From sequence record MW760841.1: a DNA stretch of 64,000 nucleotides; one strand, written 5' to 3'. The first letter of the stretch is position 1; every line of letters starts with the position of its first letter. Positions 18,547-27,604 of this stretch are shown one piece after another. The notes beneath the pieces are model-generated. The model worked only from the letters and a program-made list of their open reading frames with translations, was not told the DNA's origin and ran no database searches. The translations under genes and the position numbers were made by a program.

Positions 18547-19008
18547 ATGAACAATTTGACGTTTTCCCCATCTGTTGGCTTGCTGTTAAACGGCAAACGT
18601 ATTGACTCTACCTTTAACCATCACTGGCAGGCGTTGGTAAAGCGTCTGGGTGAGAAAGCCCGTATCGTCGTGACGAACGAAATCAACCTGAACGCCAACG
18701 TTGAAAAGTGTGGACAGATGTTCGCCTTTCACGTTTCCCGTAAGACCGGTGAGGCGCTGCTCAAACACGGTGAATTCACCAGCCGAGTCAGCAGCTGGCG
18801 TATGTTGGGGGCGCTGTCGGAAGTAGCCGGTCGTCAAGTCCCACAAGGAATGGTACCGACGTTGTTAGACGACGGGGTGGTTAGCATTCTGGTCTACCGT
18901 TCGAATGAAGATAACGAGCTGTCGTACATGGTCAGCTATTCGCATGCGGTTTCTGGCTTGGCCGCCTCTTTAAATAATGCACTCGAGGTACTCGCAGATG
19001 CCGGATAA
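18547..19008 (+). CDS. Hypothetical protein
   Basis: ORF after the terminator; start uncertain (18514 or 18547). Confidence 0.6.
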   Translation: MNNLTFSPSVGLLLNGKRIDSTFNHHWQALVKRLGEKARIVVTNEINLNANVEKCGQMFAFHVSRKTGEALLKHGEFTSRVSSWRMLGALSEVAGRQVPQGMVPTLLDDGVVSILVYRSNEDNELSYMVSYSHAVSGLAASLNNALEVLADAG

Positions 19009-19906
19009 AATTCACCCGACCCTCATCCAGTTCCAACGGCTGCATGCATGGAACGAAAACGCGTTGGTCTATCGTCATGGGTCGCTGGAACAACAGTGCC
19101 TGAAAATATACCGTTACCTCGGCACGTTGGCCGAGGGCGTGCAGAAGATGAACGGATTAGATGTCGCTGCGGGTGCTGGTAATTTATTGGCGAACCTGTT
19201 CACCTGCTGTGCATTCACCGGTATCACCGCCGAAGAGTTTGAGTATCAATTCAAAAGGGATAGCACCGGCCGCTTCGGTTCGCAGTCACCGGCGATGCAA
19301 GTGAAACTGCTGGTTGCTGAAACGGTACGAGCGGTGTCAGACTTGAGCCACTGGGATTCTGTGGCCGGTACCCGCTTATCCCGTGCCGTGGCTTTGGAAT
19401 CGGTGGGTCTGGCTATCGAAGCGTTAAAGGCCGTGGCCAGTAAAAGCGGCATCTACCTTGACCGTTGTGTGGTGAACGCTGTGACTTCTATTGTTAAGAA
19501 GGAAGGACAGCTCAATGAGTTCGGTCAGTTCGGCCCACGGCCAGAACCGGAAATGATGTTCGTCGATCCGAATGGAAACCCGCCTACCGCGACTAAACCT
19601 TCGGGCTACACTATTTCTCAATACATCACTGTCTCACTGCGTAACCGTTTCGATGAACTTCGCCAGGAGATGGTGGGTGAGATACTCGTAGCACCGCTTA
19701 TCGGGAAAGTTGACCGTGAGATAAATCAACGTCTGGATGACTTGCTCGAAAAATTCATTCGTTCTGACGATGAGCGACGGAAAATGTTGTTTGAACGCAA
19801 TCCACACTTTACCGTCAAAATCGAACAGGGCGAACTCAACGTTAATGCCAACGAAGACTTGGCGTGGTTATTAGACACACTCAGTAAGGATCAGCGGAAA
19901 ATATGA
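18998..19906 (+). CDS. MazG-like (all-alpha NTP-PPase) protein with degenerate active site
   Basis: [22 protein letters not shown]...GAGNLLANL matches the MazG-like pattern without the acidic metal ligands; C-terminal part resembles 23048..23944. Start at ATG 18998 after GAGG. Confidence 0.55.
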   Translation: MPDKIHPTLIQFQRLHAWNENALVYRHGSLEQQCLKIYRYLGTLAEGVQKMNGLDVAAGAGNLLANLFTCCAFTGITAEEFEYQFKRDSTGRFGSQSPAMQVKLLVAETVRAVSDLSHWDSVAGTRLSRAVALESVGLAIEALKAVASKSGIYLDRCVVNAVTSIVKKEGQLNEFGQFGPRPEPEMMFVDPNGNPPTATKPSGYTISQYITVSLRNRFDELRQEMVGEILVAPLIGKVDREINQRLDDLLEKFIRSDDERRKMLFERNPHFTVKIEQGELNVNANEDLAWLLDTLSKDQRKI

Positions 19907-20922
19907 ACCAGTATCTCATTCTCTTAAATCAGGTCCAACGTGACGGCCGTGTGAAGAAAGACCGTACCGGGACAGGTACCAAATCCCTGTTTGGGGCGCA
20001 GATGCGTTTCAATCTGCAAGAAGGCTTCCCGTTGGTAACAACTAAGCGCTGCCACTTACGCTCTATTATTCACGAACTGTTGTGGTTCCTCAAGGGCGAT
20101 ACCAATATCCAGTATTTGAAAGACAACAACGTCAGTATCTGGGACGAGTGGGCCGATAAGGATGGTAACCTTGGCCCGGTGTACGGTAAGCAGTGGCGGG
20201 CGTGGACAGCTCACGAAGATATGCCGGTGTTTAACCGCGAAGCCTGTGGTGCGTTAGAGGCCGATGGCTGGGAAGAATCAGGGTCATGTGGTTCTGATAT
20301 TTTGTACACCAAAGACATCGACCAGATTGCTAAGGTTATTGACCAACTGCGTAATGACCCGGACAATCGTCGAATTATCGTCAGTGCCTGGAACGTGGCT
20401 GACTTGGACGATATGGCCTTAGCGCCATGCCATGCGTTCTTCCAGTTCTACACCCGTGAACTGGACTTTGATGAGCGTTTACATTGGCTCGATGTAAACA
20501 TGCACGAGAAGTTCCTGGAACCTATCTTCCGCAATGAAGATGTGGATAATCTGGAAGCGATGCACACACGCCTGGATGACTTTGCGGTGCCACGTCGTGA
20601 ACTGTCCTGTCAACTGTACCAGCGCAGTGCGGATATGTTCCTGGGCGTGCCGTTCAACATCGCGTCCTACGCGTTGCTGATTCACATGGTGGCTCATCAG
20701 GTTAACATGACCGTTGGTGACTTTGTGTGGACGGGTGGCGATGTGCACATCTACAGCAACCACGAAGAGCAGGTTAAGTTGCAACTGTCGCGTAATCCAC
20801 GCCCACTGCCGAAGCTGAGAATTTTGCGTAAGCCGGATTCTATCTTCGACTACAAGTTCGAAGACTTCGAAATTACGGGCTATGATCCGCATCCCGGTAT
20901 CAAAGCACCGGTGGCTATTTAA
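19903..20922 (+). CDS. thyA: Thymidylate synthase
   Basis: [68 protein letters not shown]; two in-frame insertions relative to E. coli ThyA. Confidence 0.97.
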   Translation: MNQYLILLNQVQRDGRVKKDRTGTGTKSLFGAQMRFNLQEGFPLVTTKRCHLRSIIHELLWFLKGDTNIQYLKDNNVSIWDEWADKDGNLGPVYGKQWRAWTAHEDMPVFNREACGALEADGWEESGSCGSDILYTKDIDQIAKVIDQLRNDPDNRRIIVSAWNVADLDDMALAPCHAFFQFYTRELDFDERLHWLDVNMHEKFLEPIFRNEDVDNLEAMHTRLDDFAVPRRELSCQLYQRSADMFLGVPFNIASYALLIHMVAHQVNMTVGDFVWTGGDVHIYSNHEEQVKLQLSRNPRPLPKLRILRKPDSIFDYKFEDFEITGYDPHPGIKAPVAI

Positions 20923-20931
20923 GGAGACCCT

Positions 20932-21393
20932 ATGGGTGACGTGTTGAAGTTCCAACCTAAGAAGTTGGACGATGCTGAAATTTGGATTCCTGGCCACCAA
21001 GGTGGGGAACCAAAAGTATTTACAGTACCGCCAACTGATATGTACTGGTGGGCATTGATTCTTGACCGAATCAGTAGCTTTAGTCGGACGTTCGAAGGTT
21101 GTGTTTACTTCTACTCCGATCCCTATGGTTTCATGAACGAATGTTACGCTAAGCGTACTAAGTTGCTCGAGATTAATGTTACTCGTGCGAACCTGGTGAA
21201 CATTCTGAAAGCCATGCCGTACACTCACGTCAGCAGCCTCAACAGTCTGCTGAATGATGATGATTACAACCTGGTGTTTGACAACGCGGTTATGCACCTG
21301 GGCGATGACCTTAACCTGATGTACGACGTAGGGTTGTTTATCACCCCTACCGATATGCCGGGTACCTTTAAAATCACATATGTGGAAATCTAA
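20932..21393 (+). CDS. Hypothetical protein
   Basis: 153-aa ORF, AAGGAG RBS. Confidence 0.7.
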   Translation: MGDVLKFQPKKLDDAEIWIPGHQGGEPKVFTVPPTDMYWWALILDRISSFSRTFEGCVYFYSDPYGFMNECYAKRTKLLEINVTRANLVNILKAMPYTHVSSLNSLLNDDDYNLVFDNAVMHLGDDLNLMYDVGLFITPTDMPGTFKITYVEI

Positions 21394-22227
21394 ATGACTA
21401 ACAAACTGTTCTTCTTCACCGACTGCGTTTACTCTGCTCCAATGTCTCCGTATTACTACGGCGCGGCCGGTGCACGCGACCTGGCTCACCTGCATGAGCT
21501 GATCGGCACCAACAAGGTCGATACCGTCGAACTGGGCGATACCAGCTTCGAAGGTCAGATTACCGTTGGTCAGTCTTTCCGTGAAGTGGAAGGGCGTACC
21601 TTTGACGAGCCACGTAAAGCACAGGTTCCGGTCTACCGTGTGAAAGAAGGCGTTGACCTGACTGAACGTCGTGCCAAACTGGTTGAGCTGCTGTGCCAGC
21701 AATACGGCTGGACACCAGAAGCGGTTATCGTACACATGGACGTAATGGATCGCATCCCGGCCGAAGCCGCCAGCTCTAACAAAGAGATGTGGCGTGGTTG
21801 GGTGAACGTTGAAATGATTCCAGAACGTATGCCGATGTTCATCACCTTCGAAGGCAACGACGAAGAGAACTTCGAACCGACTGGCGAAACGGTAGAGTAC
21901 GATTACAAAGTTATCGTTGATCGTGAACTGACCCCGCTGTGGCATATGGTCGACCTGCTGGAAGCGACCGGGCTGGATGAATTCTTCTCCGAAGCAGCCT
22001 ACCTCTGCCGCAAAGGCACTATGTCCGCTACGCCTGTAGACGGCTGGGCCGAAGTGACCGAAACATACGGCAACCACGAAATCAAACTGTGGTTGAACCC
22101 GGACTGGAAATCCCTCCAGGAAAAACTGATTGCTGGCCTGAACGAAGAAGTTGAACGTCAACAAGCAGCAAAAGCAGCCGCAGGTGAAGTCGCACCTGAA
22201 GCTGATCTCCCTAACATCGACGAATAA
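21394..22227 (+). CDS. Acidic hypothetical protein, probably highly expressed
   Basis: 277-aa ORF, TAAATG coupling, strong GAA/CTG/CGT/AAA codon bias. Confidence 0.75.
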   Translation: MTNKLFFFTDCVYSAPMSPYYYGAAGARDLAHLHELIGTNKVDTVELGDTSFEGQITVGQSFREVEGRTFDEPRKAQVPVYRVKEGVDLTERRAKLVELLCQQYGWTPEAVIVHMDVMDRIPAEAASSNKEMWRGWVNVEMIPERMPMFITFEGNDEENFEPTGETVEYDYKVIVDRELTPLWHMVDLLEATGLDEFFSEAAYLCRKGTMSATPVDGWAEVTETYGNHEIKLWLNPDWKSLQEKLIAGLNEEVERQQAAKAAAGEVAPEADLPNIDE

Positions 22228-22237
22228 GGTACATACA

Positions 22238-22690
22238 GTGTCTAAGACCCTAATCAATTACGATATTGTGGTGAAAGAACTGTCTAAAGGTTTGATTGCT
22301 TTAGACGATGAAATTGTGCTGCGTTGCAATATGTTACCGCATATCGCGCTCAGTGAATTTCGTACCATCCGCTATGGTGCAGGACGCCAGAAAGGGGTGA
22401 CGGACTACATCGCTAAATTGGCCGGTGAACACCCTGGCCCTGTACTGGTGCTGACGCATGCGGTACCGTTACGCGATGAGTTTATGTTCCGCGTCGAAGG
22501 CAAATATCCCGGTAAAGACAATACCACATCGTTATGCGGGTATTTCCCGGAGAATTGGCGGGTTGAAAAATTCAGTCTTGTCATTATCGATGAAGCTGGG
22601 TTCTTCTTCAAGAAGTTTGGCTACGATAAAATCTATCGTAGTCTGGCAACCCAAACAACTGACGATGTGGTGATTCATTTGATTAACTGA
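22238..22690 (+). CDS. Small P-loop NTPase-like protein (degenerate Walker A)
   Basis: GAGRQKGVT and VIIDEAGF motifs; GTG start after AAGG. Confidence 0.5.
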   Translation: MSKTLINYDIVVKELSKGLIALDDEIVLRCNMLPHIALSEFRTIRYGAGRQKGVTDYIAKLAGEHPGPVLVLTHAVPLRDEFMFRVEGKYPGKDNTTSLCGYFPENWRVEKFSLVIIDEAGFFFKKFGYDKIYRSLATQTTDDVVIHLIN

Positions 22691-22697
22691 GGGTGTT

Positions 22698-22982
22698 ATG
22701 TCTGGGAAAGATTTATCGCAGTATCTGGTAGAAGGCAATCGTGGGACGACCCCGCACAAAAACGATGCTGTGGTTCAGGAAGAGATGAACGCGCAGTTTG
22801 ACCGTGACATTGGTCGTGGTTTGACAGCCGAAGCATCACAAGCGCAATTCAACCAACAGAATGCACATCTGGCGGATGAGTTCGACCTGAGCCATCTCGG
22901 CTTAGAAGGTGTCACCGTAGAGGGTGGCGTAGACGCTGCAATGGACGACTCCAGTTGTCCTAGTGGTGCCTGCAAAATTTAA
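22698..22982 (+). CDS. Small acidic protein ending in an NrdA-like C-terminal redox tail
   Basis: GAGG RBS; ends DDSSCPSGACKI-stop versus E. coli NrdA QDDGCESGACKI-stop. Confidence 0.75.
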   Translation: MSGKDLSQYLVEGNRGTTPHKNDAVVQEEMNAQFDRDIGRGLTAEASQAQFNQQNAHLADEFDLSHLGLEGVTVEGGVDAAMDDSSCPSGACKI

Positions 22983-22989
22983 CGTATCT

Positions 22990-23027
22990 GGGTGTCCTTA
23001 TGGACACCCCTTTTTCTTTTCTTTTTT
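22990..23027 (+). terminator. Intrinsic terminator
   Basis: GGGTGTCC-TTAT-GGACACCC then a long T-rich tract. Confidence 0.85.
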
Positions 23028-23047
23028 CTAACAAGGATTAATAAATC

Positions 23048-23944
23048 ATGGGCGAGACTTTTGCTATTCAGATTCCTTACAACATCGTTGTGATTACCCC
23101 GGAACTGGTGCGTCAGGTAAACTACCGCATTGCGGCTATCGGCCACCAAATTCAGTTCGAGAATCTGTACGCGATGGCGCAAAACGTGGAAACCGGCGCA
23201 TACCGTGTCGAAGGTAAGGTTAAAACCGGCACCAGTGCTATCGACATTGATGATCTGGAAATTCCAATGACCTTAGAAGGTGTGGAATTCAAAGGCACCA
23301 CTACGCACCCACGTCGTATTCGTCTGTTCTCTATCAGCCAGTGTATCGCGCATGTTCTTGGTTGGTCTACTTCCCGTGGTATTATCGAGAATGGCAAGTG
23401 GACAACACAGGTCACCAAGTTCTACGAAGAAGACGGTGAAGCAGCAACCGGTATCAGCAAAACCAAACACCGTCTTATCATGGATGGTTTGGGTGATGCG
23501 CTGGTTGTTCTGGTGAACGTTCTGGCATTGACCAAATACGGCGCTGAAGAAATCAACAGCCTGTTGAGCGAAGCCCGTGAACGCATTGAGCAGAATGTGC
23601 CGTACGGTGATGCTCATCGCCTGTTCCACAAAATGCGCTTGAGCTTCACGCAGGCTAACGATGCCTTCTATCAGGGCGAAGACTGGCGTACTCGTAACAG
23701 TATCACGGTTGAAGACCAGCCTGAACTCCCAGCTATTTTCCTGCTGGATGTTGAGGCCCACCTGGTTAACGCGCTGTGGTATATGGAAGCACTGGCTCGT
23801 GCGTACAACGTGACGCTGGAGCAATGTTTCTCTCTCGCGTGGGACGAAATCAAAGACCGTAAAGGTTTCCTGAATGCTGACGGTATCTTCGTGAAAGAAG
23901 CCGACATGACCGCTGAGCAGAAAGCTGCCCAGGGTTCTCTTTAA
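23048..23944 (+). CDS. MazG-like nucleotide pyrophosphohydrolase
   Basis: TKFYEEDGEAATG...IMDGLGDALVVL and LEQCFSLAWDEIKDRKG motifs; acidic ligands intact. Confidence 0.75.
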   Translation: MGETFAIQIPYNIVVITPELVRQVNYRIAAIGHQIQFENLYAMAQNVETGAYRVEGKVKTGTSAIDIDDLEIPMTLEGVEFKGTTTHPRRIRLFSISQCIAHVLGWSTSRGIIENGKWTTQVTKFYEEDGEAATGISKTKHRLIMDGLGDALVVLVNVLALTKYGAEEINSLLSEARERIEQNVPYGDAHRLFHKMRLSFTQANDAFYQGEDWRTRNSITVEDQPELPAIFLLDVEAHLVNALWYMEALARAYNVTLEQCFSLAWDEIKDRKGFLNADGIFVKEADMTAEQKAAQGSL

Positions 23945-23970
23945 TACCTTAACTCTTGCAGGAGAGTCGC

Positions 23971-24819
23971 ATGAATCTTTACCTCATTACTGACGAGTTC
24001 AACAAGTCCGCCTTCGAGACCTCGTTCAGAGCCACCGTGATAGCGAAGGATGAAAACTCCGCTCGTTGGTTGGTCAGTCAGCGTAACCCTAAGTTCCAAA
24101 TTACGGAAGTGGCGCGCGCAACTGTGTTTTGTATTGGTGAACTCCAAACCGAAACAGAGGGTGTATTGACCATCGTCCACGATAGCGGGGCACGTTTGTT
24201 GGCCGATACGCAACTCAAGCGTTACGATGCGTCAGAAGAAATCTTCTACGAAATCGAGCTGTATGACGACAGCATTAAAACTCGCGAAGAGTTGCCGTGC
24301 ACCGAAGTCAAATGGTTTGCCGTGAAGAACCAGCCGAAGTACGTCATGTCAAGACGTCGCCTGTTTACTGACACACCGAAGCTGGTGACGCCTGGGCTGT
24401 ACAGTCAGGATTTCACTGCCCAGCAGTTCTTCCTGGTCGACCAACGTCGTGTTCTGTCAGCTGATCCGCAGTGGCGCTTTAAACCGGCGGGTGAGGAATA
24501 CAAGTCACAGTTCTTTGATTTGTACACCGCTGACTTGATGGAGATTCGTGCGGCGATTCTGCGTAGTGCGAATTGCTTACCGGGCGCAGATATCGGCGAG
24601 CGTCTGTTGCAGAAACTGTGGGGCTTTGTTCGCACCGAGAAAGGTGAAGGGGCGATTGAAGTCAAAGACCTCAACTTCTTCCCAGGACAGAAACTCTACT
24701 GGTTAGCGGAAGATGCTCGTGTGTGGGCGATGACGTTACCGCAAATCATCGCGGGGACGAAGTTCCTTGACCCCGAAGCACCGGTGGATATTCCTGGGAC
24801 AAACTGCCAAACCTTCTAA
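23971..24819 (+). CDS. Hypothetical protein
   Basis: GGAG RBS before ATG 23971. Confidence 0.7.
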   Translation: MNLYLITDEFNKSAFETSFRATVIAKDENSARWLVSQRNPKFQITEVARATVFCIGELQTETEGVLTIVHDSGARLLADTQLKRYDASEEIFYEIELYDDSIKTREELPCTEVKWFAVKNQPKYVMSRRRLFTDTPKLVTPGLYSQDFTAQQFFLVDQRRVLSADPQWRFKPAGEEYKSQFFDLYTADLMEIRAAILRSANCLPGADIGERLLQKLWGFVRTEKGEGAIEVKDLNFFPGQKLYWLAEDARVWAMTLPQIIAGTKFLDPEAPVDIPGTNCQTF

Positions 24820-24827
24820 GGAGCGTT

Positions 24828-25319
24828 ATGTTCAGTGTAGAGATTACCCAAGCTGGTTTTCTTGCTGATACGCATGACATCAAGGTGAACGGGAAACACG
24901 TCGCAACCGTTGATGAACGTACTGCTAACCTGTGGCGTGTTATCGCGGATGCTGACCAGGTGTTCGTCAGTGACGATATGGCATTGACGACCGAACGTGA
25001 GCCGTTAGTGTTGGTGCGCTTCCGTCTCGAGCAGAAAGAGATGACGGCGTTCCTGGATGCGGTGTTGTTTGATTACGATGCGCACACGGAAGGGCCATTG
25101 CATATGGGCTGGGATGAGATAGACCCGAGCCTGCGTGCGATGTACCGACTGAATGCGCAGAGTATCTTTGAATCGGACTGTTGGGAACTGGACATCGGGA
25201 ATCATTACCCGCGACACGTCCCTATCATTATCGTCCATCCTGAAAAGGTGGGTGGTATTGACATGACCCCGTTCATCGAACTGTACTACGTGATTCTCGA
25301 CAGCGAAACCCCAGCTTAA
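24828..25319 (+). CDS. Hypothetical protein
   Basis: 163-aa ORF, AAGGAG RBS. Confidence 0.7.
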   Translation: MFSVEITQAGFLADTHDIKVNGKHVATVDERTANLWRVIADADQVFVSDDMALTTEREPLVLVRFRLEQKEMTAFLDAVLFDYDAHTEGPLHMGWDEIDPSLRAMYRLNAQSIFESDCWELDIGNHYPRHVPIIIVHPEKVGGIDMTPFIELYYVILDSETPA

Positions 25320-25334
25320 AAAATATAAAGGTAA

Positions 25335-25373
25335 CACCTACCCTCGCGGGTAGGTGGCCTTTCTTTTTTTTTT
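25335..25373. terminator. Terminator between convergent genes
   Basis: CACCTACCC-TCGC-GGGTAGGTG then a T-run. Confidence 0.8.
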
Positions 25374-25374
25374 G

Positions 25375-27558
25375 CTATCGTTGAGAACCGCTGAACGCCG
25401 TGAAGATGTTCGCAGCCACACGCGCCGGTGGCAAGTCGAAGAACTTGTTCACAATCGCACCCTGTGAGAACGCAGACTTCCACGACTGGTACTGAGATGC
25501 CGCATTCATTGCCATACGGGCGATACCGCTCGTACGTTCGTGCAAGGTTGCTGCACCCAATACCGCCATGAACTCCGAGAACTTGTTATCGTCATCGAAG
25601 ACAGACTGGTCGGTAACAATCGGCATGTACATCACCCGCGACATGTCGCGGATAGTGACACTGATGTCACATGACAACGGTACACCGTCCACACGCCAAC
25701 CCATACCACCCACACCGAAGTTAAAGCCCACGTTGGTCACCATGGCATTACGCATGGAGTAACGACCACGAGAGTACGCTTCGAGATAGAATGGGTGTGT
25801 GAAGGACTGCTTACCGGTTGCCAGCGGACAGACCGCTGCTAACCAGAACGACAGGGGCAGAATCAAGTCCTGGAATACATCCAGGTCACCACCCGACCAA
25901 CAACGCAGGGGAATGGTGAAGGTGATGTCATCGCCTGAGGTGTCAGAAGAATCCCACACTTCTGGGAAGTCAATCACCGAGGAGTTATACAGCGACACGA
26001 TACCCGACAGATGAAGGAAGTCCAGTGCACCGGTGAAGGCAGACTTCAAGCCGGTAATCAACCCATCCACCGCATCAAAGCCGGTCACACCACCGGAGAG
26101 GTTAACCTCCAGGGAACGGGCTTTCTGGGTCATGGCGTTAACCGTGCCCGAGATTTCCGGTTCTTTGGTGTTGTTGCTGAAACTGCGGGAGGTGGTATCA
26201 CGACCGTTAATCTTCCAGGTCACCCACTGTGAACCGTTCTCCAGTTCTGACTTGGCCTGTTCCCCTACACCCTCAGCGAGTTTCGAGAAATCACCAAACA
26301 TGGTGGAGAAGCTTTCCTTCTGACCTTCGTTCATCCAGTTCTGGATTTTACCCACGTCACGGGCAGTGGTTTCCCCGTTTTCGTCACCGTTGTTCGCCGC
26401 ATCACTGGCCATCTGCGCTTTGACCTGACGCTCTTGCAGCTCCGCTTCGGAGGTAAAGTTTTTCTCTGTCCCTCCGGCCTGGTCGGCTGCAACCAGTGCA
26501 CCGGTCATTTGGTCAACCGCAGCGGCTTCCATGGTGTCCGGGTCAACCTTGGCTTTATAAGCGTCGGCCGTTTTCGCCATGTCCTCCAGTCGTGACAGTG
26601 AAACTTCCATTTGCCCCACGCGCTTCATGTGCACATCGCTGTACAACATCTGCTTGTAGTATTGCTGGATTTTGGCGTTCATCTCTGCTTCGTTCGCGGA
26701 GTCGGCCTGAATCTCAGCAATGCGGGCTGCCTGATAGTTCGCTAAGACGTTATAGCGGTTAATCATGCGGTAGACGTCAAACTCACCGTTGGACTTCCAG
26801 ATATCCGGCAACATCCCGTAGATATCTTTCTTGCTGGCGTTGTATTTGTTCTCCGGGTCGTTGATGTCCTTCGGTAGGTTGAACATCCCGAGAATCCCGG
26901 TCGGAACTAAACGACGGTACAGCAACTGCGTGTTGACGATGTTCTGTACCGCACGCAGATATAAGTGCATCGCAGGCTTCACGTAGTAATAGCGTGACGC
27001 TTCTTTGTTCAGCACCATCTTCATGATACGCGGGGTAATCAGAATCAGGGCGAACGCAGTTGTCCCTACTACCGCCCAGATAGCCGCTGCGGCAGTCCAG
27101 CCTGCCAGTTCACGCACCACACCCGGATAGTCACCGGTACGGGCCAGATAAGCCAATTTGGAATCGTACATGTTCGCAAAGAACGCCGCGACCCCGAGGT
27201 AGCGCGGTTTACCAAAGCGGCAATGCAGATAGAAGGCGTTCTGTTCAATCGACTCCCAGTAATACGCACCTTGGCGGTACGACCCCTGACTACTGAACGA
27301 TTGGAACATGTCGAATGCACCCTCACGATTCGGCGCATCCTCTGGAACAGCAATCGCTCCCGTTATCGGTGGGTCAGCAAAGAACGTAAACTGCGGTGGC
27401 GCATTTATCGCGATGTTCCCACCCACGGTAGTATCCGAGAAGCTGAGCACCGCATTCGAATACGTACGCAAGTTCACAAATCGGGTATCACGCGGGAGTT
27501 TCATGCCACCGAAGAGGCCGTCCACCCACGTAATATCATTTAACGAACGTGCATCCAC
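25375..27558 (-). CDS. Virion tail/baseplate structural protein
   Basis: 727-aa ORF directly downstream of the tape measure gene, the position of phiKZ gp182-like genes (synteny inference). Confidence 0.6.
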   Translation of the reverse strand: MDARSLNDITWVDGLFGGMKLPRDTRFVNLRTYSNAVLSFSDTTVGGNIAINAPPQFTFFADPPITGAIAVPEDAPNREGAFDMFQSFSSQGSYRQGAYYWESIEQNAFYLHCRFGKPRYLGVAAFFANMYDSKLAYLARTGDYPGVVRELAGWTAAAAIWAVVGTTAFALILITPRIMKMVLNKEASRYYYVKPAMHLYLRAVQNIVNTQLLYRRLVPTGILGMFNLPKDINDPENKYNASKKDIYGMLPDIWKSNGEFDVYRMINRYNVLANYQAARIAEIQADSANEAEMNAKIQQYYKQMLYSDVHMKRVGQMEVSLSRLEDMAKTADAYKAKVDPDTMEAAAVDQMTGALVAADQAGGTEKNFTSEAELQERQVKAQMASDAANNGDENGETTARDVGKIQNWMNEGQKESFSTMFGDFSKLAEGVGEQAKSELENGSQWVTWKINGRDTTSRSFSNNTKEPEISGTVNAMTQKARSLEVNLSGGVTGFDAVDGLITGLKSAFTGALDFLHLSGIVSLYNSSVIDFPEVWDSSDTSGDDITFTIPLRCWSGGDLDVFQDLILPLSFWLAAVCPLATGKQSFTHPFYLEAYSRGRYSMRNAMVTNVGFNFGVGGMGWRVDGVPLSCDISVTIRDMSRVMYMPIVTDQSVFDDDNKFSEFMAVLGAATLHERTSGIARMAMNAASQYQSWKSAFSQGAIVNKFFDLPPARVAANIFTAFSGSQR

Positions 27559-27574
27559 AATAACCTCACTTGTA

Positions 27575-27600
27575 AAGAAGAGGGGGAGTTGCCTCCCCCT
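27575..27600 (-). terminator. Hairpin/terminator after tape measure gene
   Basis: AGGGGGAG-GCAA-CTCCCCCT on the minus strand followed by CTTCTTT. Confidence 0.6.
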
Positions 27601-27604
27601 TCAG

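Noticed and set aside
19903-20922. Intron or intein in thyA, terL or the RNAP genes
   Set aside because: Reading frames are continuous, the inserts are short, and there are no intein C/S...HN termini or homing endonuclease motifs.
20479-22257. 592-aa minus-strand ORF
   Set aside because: Antisense shadow of thyA and two strongly codon-biased plus-strand genes; no RBS and an implausible V/F/Q-rich composition.
22238-22690. Thymidine kinase call based on IDEAGF
   Set aside because: Lacks the TK Walker A (GxMxSGKS/T) and the C-terminal Cys/Zn lasso domain.
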